The notes below the pieces were generated by a model. The model worked only from the letters and a program-made list of their open reading frames with translations, was not told the origin of the DNA and did no database searches. Shown here one piece after another: positions 15,404-29,860 of a stretch of DNA of 64,000 nt (its first letter is position 1; every line of letters begins with the position of its first letter). The stretch comes from Neocallimastix sp. 'constans'. Lineage: Eukaryota. The stretch is taken from the NCBI GenBank assembly GCA_050613775.1, contig JBODTK010000114.1:62001-126000 (forward strand), given 5' to 3'. A program made the position numbers and the translations under genes.

Positions 15404-16368
15404 TATTATTTATTAATTATCATTTTATAATTTATTTATTTATTATTTATTTATTATTTATTTATATATTTATTTATATATTTATTATTATTATTACATT
15501 ATTTCTTTCTTTCTTTATTTTATTATTATTATTATTATTATTATTTCATTATCAAAATTACATATACTTTAACCAATTTTTATACTTTCAACTTTTTTTT
15601 TAATTAAAAAAAAAAAAAAGTTAAAATATAAAATATAAAATAATACAGAAAGAAAAAAAAAATAAAATAAAAAAAAATAATAATAAAATAAAAAAAAAAT
15701 AGAGAAAATTCTATGATAATTATGAATTAGGATAGATAAAAAAAAATGGAAAATTAATATTGTTTTATTATTATTATTATTATTTATATTTTTTATCATA
15801 TATCTTTAAAATAAAATAATAATAATAACTAAAAAATTTAAAATTGTTAATATTACTTTTATAAAAAAAATTTTTTTAAAAAAAATTTATATTTATGAAT
15901 TATTCAATACTACAAAATGATACTGATTAAAAGAAAAATATTATTCCTAATAAATTATATTAAATCTTTTAAAGAAAAAAGATTTTTTTTTTTTTTTAAA
16001 TAATAAAAATGATACAAATTTGAAGAATATAATTTTTTCAGTTCTATTTTTTTTCTTGTATTGTATTTACTTTGATTTACTTTACTTTGTTTTTTTTTTC
16101 TTTCTTTTTTTGTAATTCTTATCTTAATTTGTTCTATTATTTTTAACTTGTTCTATTATTATTTTTTCTTAATTTGTTTACTTCTTATTTTGTTAATTTT
16201 TTATTTTTATTTATTTATTTTTCTAATTTATATATAAATAAAAATCCATTATATATATATATATAATTATTCATATATATTTATGTATTTCAATAATTAT
16301 TGTTCATTTAAGAGTAAAAAAAAAAAAAAAAAAAAAAAAAAGGATTTCATTTTATACGATGTTCAATT

Positions 16369-18851
16369 TTAATTTCCAATTTCATCATTAATTCTTAATT
16401 TATTTTGCATATTCATAGAAAGTTTATCAACTTTTGGATCGGTTGTTGGAGACGAAGTGTTTATTGGTGAATTAATATTTTCAGATTGTGAATCATAACC
16501 ATCATTTACTGCAGTGTTATCATTCATATTGTCAATATATATTAAAGATGGACTGGCTGGTGGTAACATTGGACTAAACATTCCTGGGTAAAGATTTGGT
16601 GATATAATTGGAACTTGAGCTGGCATTGGTAATGGACTAAATTTTTAATATATTAAATGATTGAATGAAGATTATATATATAAATTATTAACTATTTAAT
16701 GATCTTTATAAAGAAAATAATAATAATTACAAAACTTTTTAATAAAAATGGTGACGCTATTTTTATTATTATTTACCTTGTTGGAGGAATAATTGGAGAT
16801 CCATAATATTGATAAGTAATCATTTGTTCAGGAGATCCTATACCATTCTAAATTTTTTTATATTAATATAAATTAAATTTAGTTTTAATATTAATATTAT
16901 ACAATTAATATAAATAATTATAAGATTTATATTTTTAAATATATATATAATATTTAAATAAAACAAAATAATTTACTTGATATCTAATCTTTGGAGTAGA
17001 GTTGTACTTCTTACTAGCAACTTGTTCCTTCAACTTCTTTTGTGCATTACTATCAGCAAATCTAACTTGTAAAGCATTAGTACTTCCTTCCAATTTAACA
17101 TTATTATATTTCTCAATAATTTCCTTTGCAATTTCTCTTGTTTCAAATCTATTTAAAATAAACATTAATCAATTAATTAATGATAATAATAAAAATAAAT
17201 AATATTAACAAATAAAATTAACATTATTTGATAATATATTAATTCTATAATTATATATTCATATAAATATAAAATTAAAATTACCGAGCAAAACCAACAC
17301 CACGACTGACACCATTTTGATCTTTTAATATAGTATGAGAAATAACATTATGTGGTGCAAATAACTCTAAAAATTCCTAAATTAATAAATAAATCAATAG
17401 AATTATTTAAAATTAATAATTTATATAAAAAGAAAATAACATTTTAGAATATATAAAAATATAAAAATAATATTTTTCAATAATTATGCTTACTTCATTA
17501 GTCATATTTAACGGAATATTAGATATATAAATGTTGGTTGATTCCTCATCTTGGAGATTCTTAAGACGGGCACTTAAAGAATCCTTTAAAAAAAAATTTT
17601 ATATTTTATTAAATATTATGTATTTTTATAATATTTAAATTAATATTAATAATTAGGGTAATTTAATAGTTTTAACTTAAGTATAATCAGAGTTACATTA
17701 TTATTGTTTATAATACCTTGGCAAATGAAACATGAAAACCTTTCTTATTAAGTTGGTCCATTGCATTTCTAGCTTGTTCTTCATTTTCATACATAACAAA
17801 ACCAAAACCTTTACATTCATTAGTTTCAGCATTGATAATAGCCTTGGAAGATATAATTTTACCATAGCTATTATTAATATATATATATTAATTGATAAAA
17901 ATTATTTAACATAAAAGGAAAATATATTATAGTAATGATTTGTGAAAATAAATAAATTAAAAAATAAATATATAATAATAATACATTAATAAAACTTTAA
18001 ATGCTCAATAATTATATTTAATATAAAATTTAAATGTAAAAAAAATATATTTATAACACACACACACACAAAAAAAAAAAAACTACAATAAATAACAACA
18101 AATAAATAAATAAAATTTTTTTAATTCTTTACCTATTACACATTTCAGCAAAGCTTTCATCAGTAACATCTGGTGATAAACCACTAATATAAACGTTTGT
18201 AGTAGTGGAAGAATTATTGATGTGACCATTACCAGAAGCATTAGAAGAATTACTTTGAGAACGTCTATTGCTATTGCTATGACGATTATATCTTTGTTGA
18301 TGATTTTGTTGTCCTTGTTGTGGAGAGTATCCGGCAACTTGATTTGATGGATACACTGGAATTTGATGCATAGTTGTCATAACTCTGTTTGGAACTTGAA
18401 GATTTTGACCAGCAGTGGCAACAATAACACCAGACGGTGGGTACATACCAACAGCAGTTGGAGAACCAGCAGCTTGAATTGGTGGTGGTTGAGTAGAAGA
18501 GTAGTAATGTGGATCAGCTGGAGTATAGAAAATTGGTTGTGGTTGAACTACTGGATAATAATGATAAGCTGGAACTGCTTGTTGTTGTTGTGGTTGTTGA
18601 TCGTCAACGTTATTATAATAATTTACATTTTGTTCATTACCTTGAACCTGTTCATTTTGAGCATATTGATAACCATTATTTCCATTATTGTTTGCATTGT
18701 TTTGTTTTTTCTTATCCATACGTCTATTATTACCATTATAATTGTTGGAATGATGGTTATTATATCCTCTATTATTACTATTATTATTGTAATGATTATT
18801 GTGTTGAGGTTGGGAATGCATATATCCACCTTGCTTTTTGTTTGAATCCAT
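16369..18851 (-). CDS. Two-RRM RNA-binding protein (RBMS/MSSP-like) with N/Q/P-rich N-terminus; about 7 exons
   Basis: TNVYISGL, CKGFGFVMY, SFAKDSLSARLKNLQDEESTNIYISNIP, SRGVGFARFETRE, LQVRFADSNAQKKLK across GT-AG junctions. Confidence 0.85.
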
Positions 18852-21092
18852 ATTTACTATTTAAATGTTGTGGCTTTAGAATATATAATAAATTTAAAGT
18901 AAATATATTTTCAATTAGTAATATAAATTTATAATAAATTTAATGTAAATAAAATTAATTCAATTGTGAAAATATTATATATAAATTATAAATCAAAAAT
19001 CTACAAATTTAAAATTTATTATATTCAATTCTTTAATCCATTTTTATAAATTTAAATATTCTTTCATAATATAGTTATTTTCATAATATTAATAATATCC
19101 TTATTTTTTATATCTTTATTTTAATTTATTATTTTTAAAACAATTGAAAAGTTTTTAAATATAAATAATTTGTACTTTAAAAAATAATATATATGTTATA
19201 ATGTTAATTTTTTATTTATTTTTTTTTTTTTGTTTCATTAATTAAGAAATAAATGATACATAAATTTATGTAATTGAATTTATTCAGTAAATATTAAAAT
19301 AATAATAATCCTTCATTAGTTTAATAATTATTATACTATTTATTTTTAAATTTTAAATTATTAAATTTTATAGTATATAAATATATAATAAATTTTACAA
19401 TAAAATTATTATTTTGTGATTATAATATTTTTAAAAGCTCTTGATTAATCTTGAATGTTTTCTCTTCTGTTTTGTTTTGTTTTGTTTTACTTTATTTCAC
19501 TATAATTATAATTCTTGTTTAAATAATGTGCTTTAAAAATAAAGTAATATATAAAATAAAAAAAAAAAAAAAAAAACTTTATTTCAATATTTATTTCGAC
19601 AATAGACACTAATTTACTGTAACTCAATAATTTTATTCCGGTTAATATTATTTTTTGTTTTGATTTTATTTATTTTTATATTTATAATTTTCCTGACTGT
19701 ATGAATATAATACTCAATCTTTTGTTTACATTTTTCAATTTCATATTATAAATACATACATATATATGAAACTTTTTTATTTTCTTGTATAAAAATTCAC
19801 TTTTTCTTTATAATAATTTTAATTTTGTTTAGATATTAAATATCTTAAACATTCAATTTTTCGAATTACAATAATAATAACTAATATTTTAAAAAAATAG
19901 AGTCCTGTTTAAATAAAAAATAAAATAAAAATAAAAATAAAAAAAAAAAGGAAAAGAAAAAAAATATTATATAATATATTATATACTATTAGATTTGTAT
20001 TAATTTATATATGATTTTATAAATATTTTATATTTTATTATTAACATTATATATAAATATATTTATTTAATCCTTTTTTTTTTTTTTAATATCAATGTTA
20101 TAATCATTTTTAATATAAATTATATATTATTGTTGTTAATATTTATATTATAATAATTAAAATTTATAATATTTTGTATTTTTTTTTTTTTGATTAACTT
20201 AATAATAAATATATTATTATAGTATTTTAATATATTAGCAATGTATTATTAAATATGTATCAATTAAAATAATCGAATAAAATTTTATTCATTGTATTAT
20301 TATATCAAAAGAGATGGTTATATATGAAATATATTAAATTTATTCTATATATAAAATCAAATAAATAATAGGCTTTAAAGTTTTACATGAAGATATAATT
20401 TTAAATACTAATATTAATAGTTAAAAATTTATTAAATTATAAATATATGTATATTAAATAACGTAATGTATAAATAATAAATTATCTTCTTAATACATTA
20501 TAAAATACAATATGAAAATAAAAAAGCAAATAAATAAATTAAATAAATTAAAAGTATTCATAAATCTTAAATCTTTAAAAAAGAAAAGGTTTTTATTATT
20601 GAATTAATATTAAAAATATTAAAAGGGTAAAACAGAAAAATTTTTTAACCCTTAAATGTTTATGTATTTTAATATAAAGATTTATTGATTAAATATAATA
20701 TTATAATTTATATTTTATACGACTTTTTATTTATAATTTTTATTTATTTAATTATTATTATTTTTATTAATTTATTATTTATTTATCATTATTATTTTTT
20801 ATTATTTATTTATTTATTTTATTTATTTATAATTTATTTATTTATTTATTTTTTATTATATATAATATTTTATTATTATTTATTATTTATTTATTTATTA
20901 TTAATATTATTTACTATTTATTTATACTTTTATCTATTTATATATTTAATATAAAAATTTCAATTTTTTAACATTATGATACACAAAACAATTTTTAAAA
21001 AATATTAATAGTAAATATATATTTTGATAATTTTTTTTAAAAACAATTTTTTATTATTTTCAAATTTTATCGTTTAAAATAATTAATATAAA

Positions 21093-22348
21093 ATGCATTC
21101 TCGTCTAACAAATTCAAATTCAAATATTGTTAAAAAAACTGCCTCACCTGATTTAAAGTATATAAAAATATAGTTTTCTTTTTTAAAAAAAAATAAATAA
21201 AAATAAATAAATATCCAAAATGAAATTTAACAATTAAATTGAAGATAAATTTATATACATTTTTATATAAATAAATATGATTATAGGCCAGTAAAAACAT
21301 CATCAGTATCGTCAACATCGTCTGCTTCAACTTCACGCACAATTTCTTCAAGAAAATCTGTTCGTGAACCTATAAAAAAAGCAAGTTCACCACCTTCTTC
21401 ACCTTCCAGTGTAAGAAAAAGTTTAAGTCCTGTATCCAGAATTAATACACTTTCATCTTCATCAAATTTAAGGCGAAATTCATCTTTATATGCAGCAAGT
21501 CATCCCACAAATGTAAATATACAAGAATATGAAGAAATTACTAATTTAAATACCCAATTAAATCAATGGATTTATTTAAATGCAATGACATCTGATGCGT
21601 ATGAATCACAAAAAAAAGAAGCTGAAGTAATATTATTTATTTTTAAAACCATTTATATATAAATTTTTAATAATTTTAATTAATATTCATTATAATAAAA
21701 AAATATATTAACTTTTAAAATTAAATATAATAAAAATTTAAATATTTATAATATTTTTTTTTATTCTTTTTTTCATTTTTTCTTTAATTTCTAATATAAA
21801 TATTAATAATATAACAATAAAAGAAACAATTGTATGATGGATATAAATATGTAGTAAAACAAAAAAATATATATAACAGTCTAAACGAAGACTATTTTAA
21901 TAAAAGTAATTTAATAAAAGTCAATGAAGATTTAGATATACAAGTAATTTATATTTTAATTGCTATTATATATATACATAAAAAAAGTAAAAAATTATAT
22001 TAATTTGAAATGTATTTAATTTCAAATAATCTTGTTCTTATTTTGAAACAAAATAGAATGAAAGTATTGTTACAATAGAAAATCAATTAAACAAATTTAA
22101 GCAAATATATGAAGATTTTTTGATTGCGTTACATTCGACCGCTTCTAAGATGACTACTCAAGGAATAATTACTAATGATATAGAAAACTTAACAAAACAA
22201 TTTAATGAATGTGAAAAAAATTTAAAAATTCTAACTGAAGAAAAAAAGAAATTAGAAAAAGTTACTATCAATTATTATTAATATTATAATTATTATTAAA
22301 TGAATTATTACTATAAATATTATTATTATTATTATAATTATTATTAAA

Positions 22349-22380
<32 letters not shown>

Positions 22381-22612
22381 ATCTTATTGCTTATTTTATT
22401 TTATTTACTTATTTATTTATTTATGAATTTTATGATTTTTTATTAAACAGATAAATAAACTTTCAAACTTAATTAATTCCTTAAACATTATACTTAATGA
22501 AGAAATGGAAGAATTAAATGAATTTAAGGAATTACTAAATAAATTGAAAAAAGCAGAAATGTTAAATAACAGTCTTCAAATACAGTATACATCTTTAAAA
22601 AACAAAAATTAA
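21093..22612 (+). CDS. Putative augmin subunit HAUS8/AUG8 (QWRF-like); exons ~21093-21157, 21287-21626, 21824-21943, 22057-22260, 22451-22612
   Basis: Not in ORF track. Exons join in frame; S/R/K/P-rich N-terminus, then LNQWIYLNAMTSDAYESQKKEAEKQLY and YEDFLIALHSTASKM, then coiled coil. Gene model is firmer than the family call. Confidence 0.6.
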
Positions 22613-23094
22613 ATACTATGTTAATATTATTAATTTATTTAAGAATAATAATAATAATAATAATGAAAACTAATATACATTTATTTAAGAATGAAATATA
22701 TTAAATAAATAATTAGAATTTTTTATACTATTTTGATTATTATATTTTTTTTATTGTATGATTATTATGATTATTATTTATTTTATTTATTTATTTATTT
22801 ATTTATTTATTATAATTACTGTTTTATTATTATTATTATTTTATTTTATTTTATTTTATTTATTTATTTATTTATTTATTTTTATTTTATTTTGCTATAT
22901 ATATTTTTATTATTATTATTTCATTTTTTTATATTTACTTTGATTTATTTTAGATGTTATATAATTTTCATGTATATACTAAAAATTTCTATCTCTTGGT
23001 ATTCATTAAAAAATAAAAAAAAAAAAATGCAATAAGAAAAATTTAAAAATTTCTCATTTTTTACAAAAAGAAAGGACATAATCAAACAAACAAA

Positions 23095-23130
<36 letters not shown>

Positions 23131-23182
23131 AACAAAAATAAAAGAGAAATTTTAAAATGTGATGAATTGAATGATATTAACC

Positions 23183-24319
23183 TTACGCCAAATAGAGATA
23201 AAGTTTTCTATTAGATTTAGTATGATTACAAAATTAAATATAAAGAAACGAAAAATTATTATTAATTATTTATTAATATTATATATATATATATTTATTT
23301 TATTTTAAAAAATAAAATTAATTTATATTTATGAGAAAAAAAAATTAAAAATTAAAACTAAATATATTTTACCTATCCTCTGGGGATCTTTCCATATATT
23401 CACGTTCAATTAAACTTTCAATACGTTTTTTAATTGCTGTTGGACTTGGCATAAAACGACTAGATAATTGATTAGTAACTTCGGTAATTAAATTATTATG
23501 ATACATTTTTTTACGGCCTTTCATAATTCTAACAACAGCTGCGTCTATTTGGAAACGTCTACTGTCTTCGATATGACGATATGTCTCTTCTCTTTCTTCA
23601 TTATTTTCAATGACAGATGATCTATTATGAATATTTCCTGAAGCAACAACCATGGGTATTTTTATTCTATTTAATGGTGTGCTAAATTTAGTATTTACAA
23701 TAAATTCATCTTCATTCGTGATTTCCCGAGATTTTGGTATTTTTTGTAATAATTTATATTTCGAGAAAACAAGAGATTGAAGAACTCTTTTTAATTCAAG
23801 ATCATTAGCTTCTAATTCAGCTTGAATTTGTTTAAATGTAAAGGAATCACCTGGCTTCCATTTATTAAATACATTGATTAGTAGAAGCATACCTAAATTA
23901 CAAATATTAATATCTTTAGATCCTTTTTCATAATTTATTCTTAAGTCAGAACTTCCCAATGAAAATTGCCATAACAATTTTCTTCCTGAATGTCTTGAAT
24001 AATAAAATTTCGAAAAATCATCCATTAATGTTTGTATTTCTATTGGGTATGGAAGGTTTGGCGTTACTTGACCACTCATAGGCCAAAAGATTTTAGTTAA
24101 TACAGATATATTTAATTCAGGTAATTTCTTATCCTTTTTCTTTTCTATAGCCCTAAATTCAGTTGATAATTCTGATGAAATATTAATATCCTTATACATT
24201 CCTTCTAATTTTGTAGTAAATTGATGACCACATTCCATCTTGTATTATTATATATTACAAATTCATATTATTATAAATAGTTATAAATAAAAAAATTTTA
24301 AAATTTAATAAACTTGTTA

Positions 24320-24362
<43 letters not shown>

Positions 24363-25064
24363 GTAATAATAATAATAGTAGTAATACTAATATTACTATT
24401 AATACTTATACATAAATTTAAATTATAATAAATATTTACCTGTAATCTTGTAATCATTATTCTTTCAGCATCCTCACTTACACTCTTCTTATATAATAAT
24501 CTCTTTGCTAAATGTTGTTTATAATAACGTTCAAATACATCTTTATCTGAAATAAATCTAAATAATACAATAGATTTATTTAAAAGTTCTTCTATTTCAT
24601 CTTCTGATTTCTAATAATTATTTTTAAATATATTAAAAATTAAATTTAAAATATTTAATGAGAATAATAATTGTCATAAATAATATTCATATATTTAATT
24701 AATAAATAATAATAATCATTATATAAATTATATAATAAATATATATATATATATAAGAAATTATACTAAAATATTTACTCCTTTAATTCCTTTTTTAAGA
24801 TTATCATCAATAAACAAACTTAATGATTCTGATGCCTTAGGGTTTTCATTAATTACCAACTGAAAAATTGAATTCATTTTCATCTGGAATTTTTTATCAT
24901 TATCAAAACCTTTTACTAAAATATTATCAAGCTTATCTTTTAATTCAAGATATTTCACAACCCACAGTTTTGGATTTATTGAGTGTTTTGTTAAATTTTC
25001 TTTTTTAATATTTGTATTTTCTATATTATCCAATGTTTCAGAACTTTTATTATTATCTTTATTA

Positions 25065-25147
<83 letters not shown>

Positions 25148-25672
25148 GTTAGTACTGCTATTTCTGTTAAAAATTTTGGCTGTACGATTTATGTTTTTAT
25201 TAGATTCGTTTGTAGAAGAAACTAATGCCCATGTCTCATTAATATCTTCTCCTAATTCTTTTATATAATCGCATAATGCTTTAATTAATTCTTCACGTCC
25301 ATTATTAACCTTTCCAAATAAGTTATACATTCTATTAAGATCATTATATCTATCATCATTGATTAATGACCTCAATCCTGAATTTTCCATCTATAAATAA
25401 ATATATTGATAAATATATCAAAAACAAAAAATTGTTTATTATTATTATATATAATGTATATAATATATATATTAAATTAAATAGAGAATATATAATAAGA
25501 TAATATATTTACTTCAATTATTGTATTAACATGTTTCTCGATTGTTTCCTGCTCTACAATTCTTAAAATTTCTCTTGTACTTAATGTTGATAAATATTGT
25601 TCTGTACGATCTTTCTCCTCTTCCATATGATGTTCACTCTTATAATATTTAAATAATATTAACATATATTAA

Positions 25673-25726
<54 letters not shown>

Positions 25727-26638
25727 TACTTTTTTTAACCATTCTGATGCATCGTTTTCATCTAAAAATTTTTCACTTAAATTTGAATAATATACTCTAC
25801 TACTTTCTAAATATCTTTCTTCAAATATTGATTTATATAGTGATAAGCCTTTTAATATATATATATATATATATGTTTTATTTATGTTTTATTTATTTAT
25901 TCATTTATTATTAAAATAAAATATAAAAAAAAAATAGTTAGAAATAATAACATAATATAAATTAACATTTTTTCATGAATTGGTATTGTTTTACTTATTT
26001 ATATATTAAATATTTTAAATTAATATTTACCAGTTTCGCCGTTTCCTTCATGTAAATCAAGCATCATTGATATTATATTGCTAATTAAACTCCTGTCTAT
26101 CATTTCTCCTGATCTTTCTCTTTCAATTTGCTTTAGTATAATATTTATAATACATTCTTTAATATTCTCATCATATATTATAATATCTCTAAATATATGC
26201 TGACTTTTTTCATATATTGGTAATAGTTTTGCACGAGGAACATAAACTCGATCCTTCATTTATTAATTTAAAAATAATTGATATTTTATTTTTTTCGATA
26301 TAAATAAGATAATAATTATAATTAAATTTAATATTTAAAATAATTTGAAGAATAAAATTCAATATAATTCTTTTATCTTACCATATACATTAATAAAGAT
26401 TTTATTTCTGTTATTGCCATAATGTGATTGTCCCAAGTATTTTTTATTATTCTTAAAAATTCTAAATCACGTTCAATTTCTGTATTTGATTGAAATTTAT
26501 TTCCAGGTTCATCTACTGGAAATGCAGGTTTTATTTGTTCAGAAGATATTTCTTTCAAACGTTCTTCCATTAATTCACATGTTCCATTGTAAACCTTTTT
26601 TCCTTCTTTTGATAATACTAAATTATAAGCATATCTTT

Positions 26639-26673
<35 letters not shown>

Positions 26674-27021
26674 AAGAAAGAAAGAAAGAAATATATAAAT
26701 ATATATAATAATTATTTATTATAATTAAATTTTGCTAATAAACTATTAATATTTTATTATAAAATTTGAAATAAAAATACCTATATAATTCTTCAAAGCT
26801 AAGTTCACCTGCATTTTTATTAAAAATTTCATAAAATGCATTTCTTAATTTCTTCCAATATTCTTCTGTATTATTTTTCTCCTAAATTTATATAAATATA
26901 TATATATATTACATATTATAATTAATGATGTAGAATAAATATATATATATATATATATATTAGGTATACTAACTTCAAATCTTTTATTTTTTGATTTAAA
27001 ACGTCGATTACCTTCATACAT
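23183..27021 (-). CDS. CUL3: Cullin-3; about 10 exons
   Basis: [64 protein letters not shown], neddylation motif [13 protein letters not shown], end YLYLA*. Confidence 0.92.
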
Positions 27022-27666
27022 TTTCTTATATTTATTTTAATCTAAATATTCCAATAAACTAATAATAAATATAATTTTTATAATTTATACAATAAATAAA
27101 TTAATATTAATTAATATTTATTAATATTTAATAATTAATTATTATTATTTTTTTTTCAGTTATCATAATTTAAATATTCTTATTGTAGATAATTTTACTA
27201 TTAAAATTTTCTTTAATAATTAAATTTTCAAAAAAAAAAAAAAAATATAAAAAAATAAAAATAAAATAAAAAAACATACAAAAGTAGCATACTTTATTAA
27301 ATAAATTAAAATTTTATAAAAAAAGATAAAATAATTACATTAAATACATATATAATATAAAAATGAATGATTATGCTAAAAATATATATTTTATTATTAT
27401 CATTGAAAATTTTTATATCTTAAAGATATTTTCTCTTAATTAACAAATTAATTTTATTAATATTTTTTTATTTAATTATTTTCATTTATAATTTTTTTTT
27501 TATACTTTAAATTTATTTTTAATTTTTATATTTATTTATTTATATAAATATAATTATACGTATATATTTTATATTCATATTAATATTTATTTTTATTTTT
27601 ATATAGTATATTTTTATTTAGAATTATTATTTATTTATTCATTCATTTATAATTATCCTTTATAAT

Positions 27667-28268
27667 TATTAAAAAATTAGTATTTTACAATTTAACATTT
27701 TAATTAATATTTTTTATTACAATTTTTATTAGTACAAATAAATAAGATATTTAATAATAATATATAGTTTATATAGTTTATGATACAAATAATTTAGTTT
27801 TAAAAAATTTTTATATATAATAAAATACGTTTAATGTATTGAAACATATATGGTCCATTAAAAGTCTTTTACTTTAAATATGTAAAATTAAAAAATAAAT
27901 AAAGCATTAATATTTTTTAACAGATTAACAGTCTCATTTGACTCTCTAAATTTATTTAGAAATTTAGAATATTTAATTAATTAGGAAATTTAGTATAGTA
28001 ATTTAGTATAATTAGAATATTCAAGATTAACGACACTTGAATATACACATAAATAAATATGAAACACAATAGGAATTAGGAAATTTGTATTTAAATGTTT
28101 CTTATTATTTAGTAATTAGTAATTAGTAATTAGTAATTAATATATAATAGTATAATTAATATTATATACATATATTTATAAAATAACTGGAATGACTGAA
28201 TGGAATATATCCTTACTGAAAACGACTACAATAAATAGTAAGGCACTGGATTAAGAGAATACGCAAAA

Positions 28269-28320
<52 letters not shown>

Positions 28321-28640
28321 ATAAATGATATTATAAAAGAAGCAAAAAAAATGAATATACACTATAGATGATGAGTGAAGGGATACCTTATCTGAGGAAA
28401 GCGAAAGAAAAATTAAACTAAAATGAACATTTTAAAGTTCTTAACTTTTTTAGAAATCAATAGATATAAAAATAAAATGCTTTATCAGAAGAAGAAAAGA
28501 ATTCCACATACTTAATCTTAGAAGTACTTAATAATAAATACCATGAAAGTACCAAGGCTCTTCAGAAGGTTAGAAAATATAAGACAGAAATTGATAAAGA
28601 ATACATTATGGATTTTTCGAAATCATTCAAAAGTTAAAAA
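27667..28640 (+). mobile_element. Decayed relative of the gag-only Copia (5' LTR ~27667-27922, PBS 27923-27937, leader, gag remnant)
   Basis: TTTTTTAACA-GATTAACAGTCTCATTTGACTC matches 44375-44406; leader and MEYILTEN-like remnant align with 57240-57900. Confidence 0.8.
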
Positions 28641-28643
28641 GAA

Positions 28644-29460
28644 TTTCCCAATCTATATTAATTTTAGTTTAATATAACTAGATTACTGTAGAAAATACAA
28701 AAGTTTCTTCAATTGGATATTCCAAACCGAATGAAACAAGAATGTTCTATTTTTTATAATTATTTTTATATCCTTTTTTTCTATAAGAATCATTTTCTAG
28801 GAAAAAATCACAATTTCTTGAACTTTCATCCCAACGAACTTTTTCAGAAACTTTTTTTCCAAAAATTATAAATAAATGATAATCTCACAATTAATAATAA
28901 TTTTAATTTGTGCTTTTATTATACAATTAATTAAAAAGTAATTTGAAATATTGCAACTACCAATTTATAGTAAATATGACAAGTAGGTTACACAACAGGG
29001 TTGTAACACTTAGAACAATTAATTAATATATATAATATTTTAATAAATTAATAAGACAATTTTTCTATAAAATAAATTATTCTAATATTTCGAATTACTT
29101 ATTAAATTTTTTCAGAAACGGTATTTCCAAAAAAGTCTAGTTTAATGAAAGTTCAAGAAATCGAGATTTTTTTCTTTAAAATGAATGTTATAAATAATAA
29201 TAATAATAATAATTATTAAAATAGAATTTTCTAGTTTCACTCGATTATAGACATTTAACAGAGGAAACTCTAGTATTTTCTACAATAGTCTAGTTACACT
29301 GAACTAAAATTATTATAGATTGGGAAATGATGTGAGTCAAACCCAGGGAGTTCAGCTTGATAGTCATGGTGTGTTACCAATAGATCATAATAACTTTTTT
29401 ACTAACTCCTTCAGGATCCGAATAGCAGACGAACCTTAAAGTTAGGCTAAAACTATTCTT
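28644..29460. mobile_element. Two decayed chromovirus-type LTR fragments in inverted arrangement, the right one continuing into PPT-side sequence
   Basis: Imperfect inverted arms 28644-28877 / 29101-29327; AATATTTCGAATTACTTAT and CAGGATCCGAATAGCAGACGAA resemble 44784-44802 and 45276-45298. Confidence 0.6.
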
Positions 29461-29529
29461 GAAAAATAAAAATTTAAATTTAAAGAGTGAATTTATTTTA
29501 AGTACTTAAAAAATAAATTGATAATAATA

Positions 29530-29860
29530 ATATTAAGTCCTTTACAGACATCAGACCAAAATTTTGAAGTAAATTTGAGAGCCTCTATCGGAGAGAATAT
29601 CATCATGGAGACCGTGGTAGCAGAAAATACGGTTGAGGAATGCCAAAGTTGTATTAAAAACAGAAGGAACATTTGGGAACTGAATTAAATGACACAAATT
29701 CAATTTTTATAAAAATCCTTTTAAGTAATTCCTGTTACAGTCAAAGCTATCTTTAAAATTATATTGTTATAATTTGATTTTTCCATATTTTAATTAATAA
29801 TATAAAGATATTTTAGAATTGAAAAGTAAAGCCTTATGATGAGAATTCAGTTTGAATTTA
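29530..29860 (-). pseudogene. Gypsy integrase (and probable RNase H) remnant
   Basis: Minus strand reads [38 protein letters not shown] with a frameshift; HKALLF-like motif near 29830. Confidence 0.75.

Noticed and set aside
18363..18934. ORFs overlapping the RRM gene's first exon
   Set aside because: Alternative-frame and antisense shadows without recognisable motifs
15082..23035. Short F/Y/I/L-rich ORFs (15082, 15569, 20685, 22733, 22758; also 34762, 42215)
   Set aside because: Translations of AT-rich microsatellites and homopolymers
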